64,000 nt of DNA from a virus. How positions within the stretch are numbered: the first letter of the stretch is position 1; the number at the start of each line of letters is the position of its first letter. Under the pieces are notes generated by a model. It did not search any database, was not told where the DNA came from, and was given only the letters and a program-made list of their open reading frames with translations. The stretch is from IMG/VR virus record IMGVR_UViG_3300050120_000255, positions 1 to 64,000 of that record. One strand, 5' to 3'. The translations under genes and the position numbers were made by a program. Below are positions 28,796-38,519 of the stretch, one piece after another.

Positions 28796-31700
28796 TCAAT
28801 ATCCGCTCGGTCGAAGGGAAGGATTTTTGCTAAACTGATCTCCGACCATTTTTGCGATCTCCCTGCCGTGGGCGCGAATGGTGTCCAGAGAAGATCCAGG
28901 TGCGGCGTTGTAATGGACGTGAACCGTATGGCCTCCGCCGGAGCTTCCACCCCCGCCGCCTGACAGCGCGCTACGCATCGAGTCGGCATGGCTCGCCGGG
29001 ACGATCATTTCGCCTTTGTGGACTTGGGCGATCATGTCGCTCGGGAGTTTCCACGCGCCGACCGCAAATGATCCAGCCGCCGCTGCGACCGTTGCCTCCC
29101 CAGCGGCGGCAGGGCCAATAGCCGCTGGCCCCATAACGGGGGATAGAAAGCCGAAGATGCCCGCAAACGTCTCACCAGCGCTTGCCATAATTGACTTGGT
29201 TATACTTGCGATAGTCACTGCGGCAGATGTTGCCGCCCCGGCCCCTTCACTCGCCGTTCGCGCCGCGGTTCCGGAGGCAACCGCTGCGGTCTTCGTCGCT
29301 TCCCCCGTCGTGGTCGCCATGACCATGATCGCCTGTTTCGCAAGCCAATCGGCGACCATCTTCGCCGCCGCTTGCACGAACGAACTTTCGATCGAGGTGG
29401 CGATGCCTTTCAGCGCGCTGCCGGCGGTCTCCGTGTGGTTGACGATTCCCACGAAAGCACTTGCAGCGGTCGAACCAGCTTTTTCGAACGCCTTCTCATA
29501 GGATTCAGCGATCGCTTGAGCGCTCTGCAAATTAACTTTGTTGATCTGCAGAGCGCTCTGGGCGGCGGACTCCTGCATTTTCTTTTGGGCGGCGTCGAAT
29601 TGGGTAGTGCCCTGCCCCCAGATCGTCATGAGGGACTGGTAGTGCGCCTGCTCTTGCGCAAGCTCTTGCTGCAGGACAGCCGTCTCCTGGGAGGCCCCCT
29701 GCTGCTGGGAAAGCTGCTTGGTCTTGGTCTCTTCGCGGATCAGCGCCATCTTCTCTTCAGACGCTTTCTGCGCAGCGTTGAAGCTCACGTCTTCAGTGTC
29801 GGTCGCGGTTTTCGCGGTAGCGCCCTCGTAGGTGTCCTGCGCCGTCTTGACCTGCCCTTGCGCAGCGGAGTTCCGCGGATCTCTTTTGTCGGAATATTGC
29901 TGAAGGGTCAGGTTCGCCGACGCGATCTGCGCATCGCGAAGCTGCTTCGGATCGTTGCTGCCTGTCTTGACCGACGTCACGGCCAAATCCGCGATAGCCT
30001 TCCGACTCTCGTAGATCTTTTCGTTCAACGCCGCCTGATCGTTCGACGCTTGCTCCTGCGCCTTGTTGATCGTCGCTTGGCTGGCGCCGGCAGCCTGCAA
30101 CTCCACAAGATAAGTTTGCGAGGCCGCCGCTTTTTGCCGAGCTGCCTCAACCGGAGCAACGGCCGCTTCCGCGTTCTGTTTCGCCAGAGCCAATTCTGCG
30201 AGTTGGGTCGCGCTGCCGCCAGCACGCAGATCATTTTGGGTCTTGATCGATTCGTTGATCTTCTGCTGTTGATCCTGCGTATCGGCCAGGGCATCGTTGA
30301 TATTGTTTGTCGACGCTCCACTCGTGACGTTGGCCGCCTCTTGCTGACGTCGACTCGCATTCACGCCACCGTTGTCGCCCGTGTGCGCGAGGATGGAGCT
30401 CGATATCCCCGTGTCGCTGCCGGTCCGCGCCGCGCTCGCGACGTCAGACGGTAAATGGCCGTAGTTATATTGGATCGACGTCAGCGAAGCTTTGGCTTGG
30501 TCAGAGAGCTTTGCCCACGCTTCGCCGACCTGCGTCGCCGCGGCCGTCGCCGACTCTGCCACGCGCCGGGAAAGATCCCGCTGCGCATCCTCCTCCGTCG
30601 TCGTGGTATCGGCGGTGACATTGTGAACGCCGCCGCTTTTATCAGTCGTCGTGTCGGACCCGTAGCCGGCGCGGAAATGATTCACATCCCATTTTGCCTG
30701 GGGCTGGAAGCCTTCGAACCCTTTGATCATGGAAGTCGCATCGCCGGTCTCGGCGGTGCTCCCCATCTGGTTCGCGCCGCCACCCGCCTGCCCGATGCGC
30801 TGAAGCGCCGTGCGAAGCGTGTTGGCCTTGTCGATGTTCTCTTGGAGCTGCGCCGACAGTGGGTTGTCTTTGACGGCGATCGAATTCGCCGCCGCAACCA
30901 CCTGCTGTAACGATGGGGCGAGTTTACGCGCGGCGTCCGCGGCGGCGTCTAATTCTCCCGCGGTCTTGTGGGCCTCATCTGTAAATTTTCCAGTGGCATT
31001 TCCCGCGATGCCGGCCGACAGCCCCAACGACTTGAACACGTTGATCGAGTCGATGAATTTCTCGAGGCCGCTCGTGTGAACGGCGGTGAGATCTTTGTGG
31101 GCTTCGGCGGCTTGCTCGGTGACGCGGGCAAGGGCGCCAACGAAAATCGCGAGCTGCTGTTGCTGGTTGCCGGACGCCGCCGCCGCTGCCATCATGTTCG
31201 ATTCAGCAGCGGTCACTCCGCCCAAGGAATCGATCAGCGCAAGACCAGCGGTCGCAGGTTTGGTGAACGCCGCGGACATGGCATCCGTGGCGGCCGGGAT
31301 GTCGGAGTGCATCATGTCTGCCACAGTCTGGATGCTGTGCGACAGCCCAGATCCGAGCAAATTGCCCGCGTCGTTCATTTTGAGAACGGCGGCCGTAAAT
31401 TTATTCGCTGAATCGGACGATTGGTCCGGCAGCTTGTTCACTACGTCGAAATCAGATTTCGCCGACCCGAACGAATTGTTCGCGTTACCCGTCGAGTTTG
31501 ACTGAACCAAGAGGCCGTTGATGTTGTTTTTGGCCTCTTGAGCTTTGTAGCTGAAATACGCCGCCGCGCCGGCCGCCGTAAGGAACCCAGCCGACAGGCT
31601 GAGGATGCCGGCATTGCTCGCGAGGAAAGCGACGCCGATGCCGCGCGCCTGATAGGCTAGGTTCGCCAAGGAGCCGTACATCTGGCCCCAGCGCCCTGAC

Positions 31701-32983
31701 AACGCTTCATCGGTAACGGCATGCAAGCTGCGCACGAGGCCGCCCATGCCAACCATGCCGGCGCGCGCCGCGCTCGCTGCGGAATTGACCGCCGACGGAA
31801 TCGTCGCAGTGGCGATAGCCATAGCCGAGGCGGCGGCGCCGGCGGAGGACATACCCCTTGCGACGACATCCATCGCCTCCCGCGCCGAAGCGACGTTTCT
31901 CGCGGCGATGCCCGCCTGGGTCATCCCCTCAATGACGGTGATCGTCTCTGCGCCGAAGACGGCCGCGGATTCTCGTGCGGACTTGAATGACAATCCCGCT
32001 GATTCAGTGTTCCGAATCAGCGCGCCAAATTGCGATCCCGAAAGTGTGGCGACGGACCCGCCGACGTCACCTAGCGCCGCTTCGAAAACCGAGGCACTCT
32101 CCTTAGCTGAGGCGAAAGATTGCCGCTGTGTGGCAAGCGAGGCGACTAGTGCCCCGAATTGCGATCCCGAAAGCGTGGCGACGGACCCGCCGACGTCACC
32201 TAGCGCGGCTTCGAAAACCGAGGCGCTCTCTTTGGCGGACTTGAATGTCAATCCCGCTGATTCAGTATTTCGGACCAGTGCCCCGAATTGCGTTCCCGAA
32301 AGTGTGGCGACGGACCCGCCGACGTCACCTAGCGCCGCTTCGAAAACCGAGGCGGATTCCTGGGCGGACTTGAATGACAATCCCGCTGATTCAGTGTTTC
32401 GGACCAGTGCCCCGAATTGCGTTCCCGAAAGTGTGGCGACGGACCCGCCGACGTCACCTAGCGCCGCTTCGAAAACCGAGGCACTCTCCTTAGCTGAGGC
32501 GAAAGATTGCCGCTGTGTGGCAAGCGAGGCGACTAGTGCTCCGAAGTCGGAAGCGGCTAATGTGCGAACAGAAGCTCCGATCGCCGCGTTCGCAACGGCC
32601 GCTTCAGCCGCCGTCGCTCCCTGCGTCGCAAGAGCAGACGCGAAAGTCGCGGCGCTGCTCCGAGCGGATTGGAAATTACGATCAAGTCCGTTGGTTTGAT
32701 TGATGAACTCTTGGATGCCGCCGGCGCCCGCCGATGCGGTGGCCACCTCCGAAATGCTCGCCTTCAAGGCGTCCATTTTGGACTTAACCCCGTCGAGGGT
32801 AGCGTTAAGAGTTCCGAGGCGGGAAATTATACCGGAATCAGTAGCCGCGCCAAGGGCGATAGCGCCATCCGCCATATCGCGGATGGCCTTTGTGGTGACA
32901 CGGATCTGAGCGGCGGTGATGTCCATCTGCGCTTGCAGAGTGGATGAATCCGCGCCGATGGAAATCCGAATGTCATCCGCCAT
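28796..32983 (-). CDS. tape measure protein with internal GH24 lysozyme-like domain
   Basis: 1395 aa Ala-rich; MIKGFEGF...WD...AGYG...YNYG...RRQQEA; C-terminal A.VHKGEMIVP. Confidence 0.9.
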   Translation of the reverse strand: MADDIRISIGADSSTLQAQMDITAAQIRVTTKAIRDMADGAIALGAATDSGIISRLGTLNATLDGVKSKMDALKASISEVATASAGAGGIQEFINQTNGLDRNFQSARSSAATFASALATQGATAAEAAVANAAIGASVRTLAASDFGALVASLATQRQSFASAKESASVFEAALGDVGGSVATLSGTQFGALVRNTESAGLSFKSAQESASVFEAALGDVGGSVATLSGTQFGALVRNTESAGLTFKSAKESASVFEAALGDVGGSVATLSGSQFGALVASLATQRQSFASAKESASVFEAALGDVGGSVATLSGSQFGALIRNTESAGLSFKSARESAAVFGAETITVIEGMTQAGIAARNVASAREAMDVVARGMSSAGAAASAMAIATATIPSAVNSAASAARAGMVGMGGLVRSLHAVTDEALSGRWGQMYGSLANLAYQARGIGVAFLASNAGILSLSAGFLTAAGAAAYFSYKAQEAKNNINGLLVQSNSTGNANNSFGSAKSDFDVVNKLPDQSSDSANKFTAAVLKMNDAGNLLGSGLSHSIQTVADMMHSDIPAATDAMSAAFTKPATAGLALIDSLGGVTAAESNMMAAAAASGNQQQQLAIFVGALARVTEQAAEAHKDLTAVHTSGLEKFIDSINVFKSLGLSAGIAGNATGKFTDEAHKTAGELDAAADAARKLAPSLQQVVAAANSIAVKDNPLSAQLQENIDKANTLRTALQRIGQAGGGANQMGSTAETGDATSMIKGFEGFQPQAKWDVNHFRAGYGSDTTTDKSGGVHNVTADTTTTEEDAQRDLSRRVAESATAAATQVGEAWAKLSDQAKASLTSIQYNYGHLPSDVASAARTGSDTGISSSILAHTGDNGGVNASRRQQEAANVTSGASTNNINDALADTQDQQQKINESIKTQNDLRAGGSATQLAELALAKQNAEAAVAPVEAARQKAAASQTYLVELQAAGASQATINKAQEQASNDQAALNEKIYESRKAIADLAVTSVKTGSNDPKQLRDAQIASANLTLQQYSDKRDPRNSAAQGQVKTAQDTYEGATAKTATDTEDVSFNAAQKASEEKMALIREETKTKQLSQQQGASQETAVLQQELAQEQAHYQSLMTIWGQGTTQFDAAQKKMQESAAQSALQINKVNLQSAQAIAESYEKAFEKAGSTAASAFVGIVNHTETAGSALKGIATSIESSFVQAAAKMVADWLAKQAIMVMATTTGEATKTAAVASGTAARTASEGAGAATSAAVTIASITKSIMASAGETFAGIFGFLSPVMGPAAIGPAAAGEATVAAAAGSFAVGAWKLPSDMIAQVHKGEMIVPASHADSMRSALSGGGGGSSGGGHTVHVHYNAAPGSSLDTIRAHGREIAKMVGDQFSKNPSLRPSGY
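31965..32545 (-). repeat. 126-bp (42-aa) tandem repeats in TMP, two variants
   Basis: ESASVFEAALGDVGGSVATLSG(T/S)QFGAL x4 plus partial. Confidence 0.9.
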
Positions 32984-32991
32984 TTTAGTCC

Positions 32992-33572
32992 CTATGTCGC
33001 CGTCTTAATTCCCGCGAGCGACGCCTCGAGGTCTTTGATCCATTTCTGCTGGCGCAACTGATCCGATGGGAGGTTGTTGCGAGGAGCTTTCTTCAGCCTG
33101 GGGACCCGCTTGAGGTGGACCGCCGCGAGGATCTCGTTTGCTGGGGGGTTGTCGCCCCAATATTCAAGGAGAAGCTGCAGGTCGAAAACGGTCATGTCAT
33201 CGACCTGCTCGTATGAGCGGCCTGCGGCTATCAGGCGACCATAGGTAAGGCGCCAGAAGGCTTCCCTATCTAGGCCGCCTTCTCTTCCCCCGGCTCGCCC
33301 GCCTCAAGGAAGCCGGACAGACGCAGAATGGCGCCTTGAGCGAGCATGACCTCCATCGACGTCCCTTCGAGATCGTCGATATTTGAGGCCTCCTCTTGAT
33401 AGTCGCGGCGGAGGGCGACCGCGACTATGTCCATGGCCACGGGGATGTTTCCGCGTGCTGCGCGCGCCGGGTCCAAAAGGATTTCCTCGACCTTCCGGAC
33501 TTGACCAAGGGTGAGGGGCCGGATCGTGAAATCCAGGTCCCCCAGCGTAACGGTGATCGGATCAGGCCGCAT
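32992..33572 (-). CDS. tail assembly chaperone G (33270-33572) and -1 frameshift product GT
   Basis: slippery GGGGGAA at 33285-33291; -1 frame is open into the 32992-33195 ORF; sits between tail tube and TMP. Confidence 0.8.
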
Positions 33573-34339
33573 TAGGACACCTGCGGGTAGATGAACTCGC
33601 CGATGTTGCCAGCGGCGTTCACGAAGGAGCTGAACTCGAAGGCGGGCATCATGAAGTCTTCGAGTTTGGCGGCCATGGACACCTTGCTGCCCGTACATTG
33701 GAAGAGGCGAACAAGGAACGGCGCGTTATTCCGAACCGTGTAATAGTCGAGCTGGAAAACGGGCGTGTTGCCAAGGAGCTTGTTGGCGATCGTCAGCGTT
33801 TGACCAGTCGTCACGGTCGAACGGTAGGAAATGAGAATCGCGACCCCTTCATCAGCCAGGGAGAACGCATATGAACCCGTGGTCGGGTCCACCGTATATT
33901 GACCAACTGTTGGCGCCGTCGCCACTTTCTGGAAGGGCAGTCCGGAGCCGGCGTAAATAACGCCGAGATCCCCACCAGCGACGGACTTGTCAAAGGTCGC
34001 GCCGTTCATCACTACTATCGTGAACGGAGTGATCGCGGGAATCGAATGGGGCTCTAGATCGTTCATCTGGTAGCCGCCAGGGACGAAGGTGTTTCCGAAG
34101 AACACCGAATTCCACGCGATGCCGGAGATGACCGCGGCAGTCATTTTACCTGTCACCTTTGCAACGCCGCGCGCGACGTCGATAGGGTATTGGTTCTGAC
34201 CGGTCAGCTCTTTGATGGTGCCGGAAAAGTCGACTTCGAAATCCTGGGAGAACCCAATATTTACGGGAGTTCCATTGGCAACATCTGTCCGGGTCACAAT
34301 GACCTTTCCAGGACCGAAGGCGCTAAACGGGGTGGTCAT
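33572..34339 (-). CDS. major tail tube protein
   Basis: position; FGPG...KEL.GQNQYP...ARG; KLEDF. Confidence 0.8.
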   Translation of the reverse strand: MTTPFSAFGPGKVIVTRTDVANGTPVNIGFSQDFEVDFSGTIKELTGQNQYPIDVARGVAKVTGKMTAAVISGIAWNSVFFGNTFVPGGYQMNDLEPHSIPAITPFTIVVMNGATFDKSVAGGDLGVIYAGSGLPFQKVATAPTVGQYTVDPTTGSYAFSLADEGVAILISYRSTVTTGQTLTIANKLLGNTPVFQLDYYTVRNNAPFLVRLFQCTGSKVSMAAKLEDFMMPAFEFSSFVNAAGNIGEFIYPQVS

Positions 34340-34360
34340 TAAATTAGTCTCCTCAAATGT

Positions 34361-34789
34361 TTAAAGTGTAATTTTGATTGGAACGATGAGCAGGCCATCG
34401 CCGTCTATGTCGCCTGGGTCTTTGAACGGGTCTCCTGCGATGCGCGCCCAGAACGCCGCGCCTCCGAGTGTGTTTCGGCCTTCTCTTCCTTGGCCTTTGG
34501 CCATCGCCGCATCGAGCGCATCCATGATCACGTTGAGAGCGGAGGACCCGACGACGCTGGGATCTTTCGCGTCGATGTAGACAAACAGGCGGACCTCGAT
34601 CTCGACCCGAGGCTCGACTCCCTGCTGCCAGACGTATCCCTCCTTGCCGCCTTCAAAGAGGAAGCAAGCAGGTCGCATTTCGACGGGAACGGAATCCCAC
34701 AACCTCAATCGCCGCGACGGCGGCGTCGCCCACGGATAGGCGCCGGCAACAAGATCCTCGAGCGCGATCACTGCAGCTTCGCGGCTCAT
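34361..34789 (-). CDS. tail terminator
   Basis: position and size; NTLGG. Confidence 0.65.
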   Translation of the reverse strand: MSREAAVIALEDLVAGAYPWATPPSRRLRLWDSVPVEMRPACFLFEGGKEGYVWQQGVEPRVEIEVRLFVYIDAKDPSVVGSSALNVIMDALDAAMAKGQGREGRNTLGGAAFWARIAGDPFKDPGDIDGDGLLIVPIKITL

Positions 34790-35268
34790 CGACCTACCGC
34801 CGCGTGGACAGCGGCATCCAAATCAGCGATGAATATTTCGCGGATGTCTTCGAGCGAAGAGCGCATATATGAGCGCTCTGGCATCTGTGATCCGGGATGA
34901 TGCACGACGCGCCTAAAGACCTGCTTGCCCTCGAATACAAACGCTAGCACTTTGGCCTTCGTCGCGATGATGTCGTGGGGTGGAGTTATGCCGCCGTATT
35001 CGTGAATGGCGCCGTAAGCCGCGCCGCTGGCCGACTGAGTGACCGATCCCGTCACTGACGTCCCGCCGTCGTCGACTTTGGACGAGATGGAGGCGCGGAG
35101 CTTTCCCGTCACGGCCTGAAGAACGCCGCCGGAGAGCTTGTCGCGGACGATGTCAGCAAGCTGAGAGGTATCTTTGGAGACGACACCGACGACAGCCGCG
35201 TGGACAGCCTCGGACATCCGCCCCAAGCGCGCCACGATCGCGGTATCATCAACGTCGAATTTGATCAA
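34786..35268 (-). CDS. HK97 gp10-like neck protein
   Basis: TGKLRASI, YGAIHEYG, HPGS.MPERSYMRSSL. Confidence 0.8.
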   Translation of the reverse strand: MIKFDVDDTAIVARLGRMSEAVHAAVVGVVSKDTSQLADIVRDKLSGGVLQAVTGKLRASISSKVDDGGTSVTGSVTQSASGAAYGAIHEYGGITPPHDIIATKAKVLAFVFEGKQVFRRVVHHPGSQMPERSYMRSSLEDIREIFIADLDAAVHAAVGR

Positions 35269-35331
35269 AGCCCTTACGCCCTCAAAGAATAGACAACGAC
35301 AATCTATCAGTTCATCTAATAGATTGCAATA

Positions 35332-36168
35332 TCAGTCTGGCGTGAAGAATGAGCGGAATGGATCGATTGCGGATTTGACGTGCATCGAGAGGGCGTTCGC
35401 AGCAAAGGTTGTGGTTTCCTGCCCGGCCAGCGCCTTTGAGTTGATGCCGATGCGCTGCCTATATGCATAGCGATCGCCGACTGCAGAAGTGCAAGCCTCG
35501 GCGAGCGCAGACGGCACGTATCCGTAGGAAATCTGAGCCTCCGAATAGACGTCTTCCGGGCTGAAAGTGTAGACGCCTCCGGCCACCGAATATTGGCCAT
35601 GCGCGGGGTTCGCGGCCACTGGGGTTAACGGCAGCCCGCTCAAAGAATAGACGACGCCGGCATCGCTCGCCCAGGCGCCGAGCGGCTCAGAAAGGGTGAT
35701 GGCGAATGGCGAGGCCGGAACAGTCCAGGATTCCGTTTGCTGATAGCCTGCGGTGTATTGAATGAACGTGCCTTGCGGATCGTGGCCGCGAGTCAGATTG
35801 CGGAAATAGACCGTCGTCTGGCGGCCAGGTGGGAACGGATCGACCTGCTCCATCGTCCATCCGGTCTGCCGCGTGGCGCCGGCGACGAGTGGCGGCGCGG
35901 GCGGAATCAGAACTCCGTCAATGGAGATCGATTCGATCTCGATAACCGGCCATCTGCGCAGCATGATTTCTCGCCGCGGCCAGAATCCGTCCCTGACCTC
36001 CGAGTAAGACACCGGAAGAAGAGACCCTCGCCCAAGATGGGTGAGGATCTGCTGACTGGTGCTCGTGATCAGCGAACTCAGAATCGCATCACTGGTCATC
36101 CCCGTGCCGACACTTCCAATCCACGCCTTTACGGCGGCGAGTGACGTGAGATCGCTGAGGCTCGCCAC
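35332..36168 (-). CDS. head-tail connector with inserted Ig-like domain
   Basis: LTSLAAVKAW...LI...; YTAGY; VP.AL..AC. Confidence 0.75.
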   Translation of the reverse strand: MASLSDLTSLAAVKAWIGSVGTGMTSDAILSSLITSTSQQILTHLGRGSLLPVSYSEVRDGFWPRREIMLRRWPVIEIESISIDGVLIPPAPPLVAGATRQTGWTMEQVDPFPPGRQTTVYFRNLTRGHDPQGTFIQYTAGYQQTESWTVPASPFAITLSEPLGAWASDAGVVYSLSGLPLTPVAANPAHGQYSVAGGVYTFSPEDVYSEAQISYGYVPSALAEACTSAVGDRYAYRQRIGINSKALAGQETTTFAANALSMHVKSAIDPFRSFFTPD

Positions 36169-36171
36169 GAA

Positions 36172-36744
36172 TTACGCGCCTTCGCCGAAGGGGAAAGGCG
36201 GCTCCACATGGGTCGCAACCGCTTCGACAACGGCCTCATCTTCGACGAAGACCTCGGCCAACTTTTTCTCGAACACGCTCAGGGCGATTTCGCGCAACTC
36301 GACGTCTTTCGACGCGGCGGTCAGCTTGAACCCTTTGCCTTTAAGGAACCGGAAGAGATCCGGGCGCCGCATCGTGGCTATATCCTCAACCTTCACCTCG
36401 TCCACAACGAGATGGCTGCCAGGGGCGTCCTCTTCGCCGGGCAGAGTGCCGTTCGACGGGGTCGCGGCGGCGAGGCGCGCGCGCAGCTCGTCGGCGGACA
36501 GTCCCTTGATAACCTCGAGGGTCCGCTTCATGACTTCGGTAACAAGCTGGCTGTGCGACATGGCTTCAACCTCCGGCTCCTCCGAGCCATCGGCCCAGTC
36601 GCGGAAGCCATGAGACTTCAGGTCGTCCACTTCGGAGGGGAGGACCCAAACACTTCCATCGGCCGGATCAGCATCAATCGCTCGTCCGTTGTAGCTCATC
36701 GAGCCGAAACCATCTGGGGCTTTTAGTTTGACAAATCCGCGCAT
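36172..36744 (-). CDS. hypothetical head-associated protein
   Basis: follows capsid gene; acidic. Confidence 0.6.
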   Translation of the reverse strand: MRGFVKLKAPDGFGSMSYNGRAIDADPADGSVWVLPSEVDDLKSHGFRDWADGSEEPEVEAMSHSQLVTEVMKRTLEVIKGLSADELRARLAAATPSNGTLPGEEDAPGSHLVVDEVKVEDIATMRRPDLFRFLKGKGFKLTAASKDVELREIALSVFEKKLAEVFVEDEAVVEAVATHVEPPFPFGEGA

Positions 36745-36780
36745 ATTTCAATCGGTCCTTGTTGCTGGTGCTGAGGGGAC

Positions 36781-36802
36781 CTGGGGGCCCGAAGGCCCCC
36801 AG
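36781..36802 (-). terminator. stable hairpin after capsid gene
   Basis: CTGGGGGCC-TTCG-GGCCCCCAG (cUUCGg loop). Confidence 0.65.
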
Positions 36803-36807
36803 ACGAA

Positions 36808-38328
36808 TTATCCGTTGGTGATATTCGAGATGACGGCCATGCTCGGCGGGAAGAAGTGTTGGAGCACTTCGTCGGCATAGACGCCGTATTCGTATTTGCG
36901 CGAGCGGAGCGGCCATTCGATCTGGAAATAATCTTGACGAGTCCGGATCTGCATCACGTTGCCGACGCCGGAAAGCGGGTACGGGATCGACACCGAAGTG
37001 AAGAGGACCGTGCCGGCTGGCATATTCGGATGGACTTTGATGTCCACGACCGAACCACCCTGCATCGAGAACCGGTTCAGGTAGGTGCGGACCATGATGC
37101 CGCCGCCGATATTGGCCTGCTCCGTGTTGAAGACGAAGCGCTGCGCCGAAGACTGGCCACCTTGAAGGATCTTCTTCGAGATGTTCAAAGCTTCCTGCGA
37201 GCTGACCCACATCGTATCCGGGCCGAGCTTAAAGCCATCCCACATCGCCTTCAGAACGATGTCGATTTCGACGATGCCGCCGGAACCGTCAGCGGTCAGC
37301 GGAGTGCCGATGCCGGCGGCGCCCGTTGGCATCTGGTAGATGGTCGCGCCCGATCCGGGAGCGAAAGCTTGGGTCAGAAGACCGTCGAACGACAGTGAAT
37401 TGGTGCTGGCGTCGGCGGAGAACTGAGCTTCGGAGGCGAGGACGCCCGTGGTGCCGGTGGACGTTCCCGCCGCAGTCGTGATCAACACGCTGTTGATGGT
37501 TGTAATCGCTCCGAGGCGCTCGTTGCCGACGGTGCCCCAGAACCAGGCATAGCCGATCGCGTTTGCTTTGGCGTTGGTCGTCGCGAGGACGCTGTTTGTC
37601 GCGCCAGCGCCGGTCGAGACCGAGGCCGCGGTGGACTTGGCGCTTGATCCGCCACCGAACGCGTCGGAGGACCCATCAACGTTGGTCCGGCTAACCCGGC
37701 CTTGAATACCCGCCGCGAGCGAACCGTTGAGGAAGCCATCCAAGGTCAGGGCGACAACGATGACGCTAACGACCTGAGTCGCAGCGATCGCGCCGCCGGT
37801 GAGGGCGGTGGAAACGACCGGAGTCGAAGGGGCGCCAAGAGCCTGCGAGCCGTTGCCGCCGAGGATCATAGCTTCCTCGCCGAGCATCAGAGATTCGAGA
37901 CCCGTCTTGGCGCCGATCGCCCGGATGTCATCAAACCCTTGGCCAGCATACTCAGCTTCGAAGTCGACGCTGGTTTCGATGCCGATTCCCTTATAGGAAG
38001 CGGTGTAGTCCTGGGTGCTGACAACCTGCGCAGCGTTACGGTTGCCGCCGGACACGCCGATGCGAATGCCGTTGACGTTGACATTGGTCACTGCGCGCCA
38101 AGCGGCCTGGATGCCACCCTTGCCGGACACACGGGGGGTCGTGTTGCGCAGCGGGGTCAGAACGGGGTAGAGGAACTTCGCGCCGAGTTCGAGGTCATAG
38201 TAGGTCAGACCCGAAGTAGCGGAGGCGGATTGAACGAAAGACGAGGCTTTGCCGAGTTTCAGATCGGGGGAGGCCTGTGCAGCTTTGATAGATTTCAGAG
38301 CTTCTTGAATATCGGCGCCATCAATCAT
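36808..38328 (-). CDS. major capsid protein
   Basis: position after protease; YDLE..AK.LYPVLTPLRN..PRV; 506 aa with strong codon bias. Confidence 0.85.
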   Translation of the reverse strand: MIDGADIQEALKSIKAAQASPDLKLGKASSFVQSASATSGLTYYDLELGAKFLYPVLTPLRNTTPRVSGKGGIQAAWRAVTNVNVNGIRIGVSGGNRNAAQVVSTQDYTASYKGIGIETSVDFEAEYAGQGFDDIRAIGAKTGLESLMLGEEAMILGGNGSQALGAPSTPVVSTALTGGAIAATQVVSVIVVALTLDGFLNGSLAAGIQGRVSRTNVDGSSDAFGGGSSAKSTAASVSTGAGATNSVLATTNAKANAIGYAWFWGTVGNERLGAITTINSVLITTAAGTSTGTTGVLASEAQFSADASTNSLSFDGLLTQAFAPGSGATIYQMPTGAAGIGTPLTADGSGGIVEIDIVLKAMWDGFKLGPDTMWVSSQEALNISKKILQGGQSSAQRFVFNTEQANIGGGIMVRTYLNRFSMQGGSVVDIKVHPNMPAGTVLFTSVSIPYPLSGVGNVMQIRTRQDYFQIEWPLRSRKYEYGVYADEVLQHFFPPSMAVISNITNG

Positions 38329-38367
38329 GATGGATTCTCCTTGAAATGGGATGAGAGGGTTGTTGGC

Positions 38368-38513
38368 CTAGATGCCGTCGCCTGCCCGTCCCCGGAGCGT
38401 CGTCTAGATTGCCTTCCTATTCGATGTGGTGATAGAAGCCAGCCCGTCCCCGGAGGCATTCCGCGAGTTATCAAATTTAGCGAGCTTTATATCCGTCCCC
38501 GGATCAGCTCGCT
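38368..38513 (-). promoter_or_regulatory. three CCG-GGGA-CGG stem-loops in the capsid-gene leader
   Basis: CCGTCCCCGGA at 38386, 38444, 38493, each within a longer stem. Confidence 0.7.
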
Positions 38514-38519
38514 CCGGTA

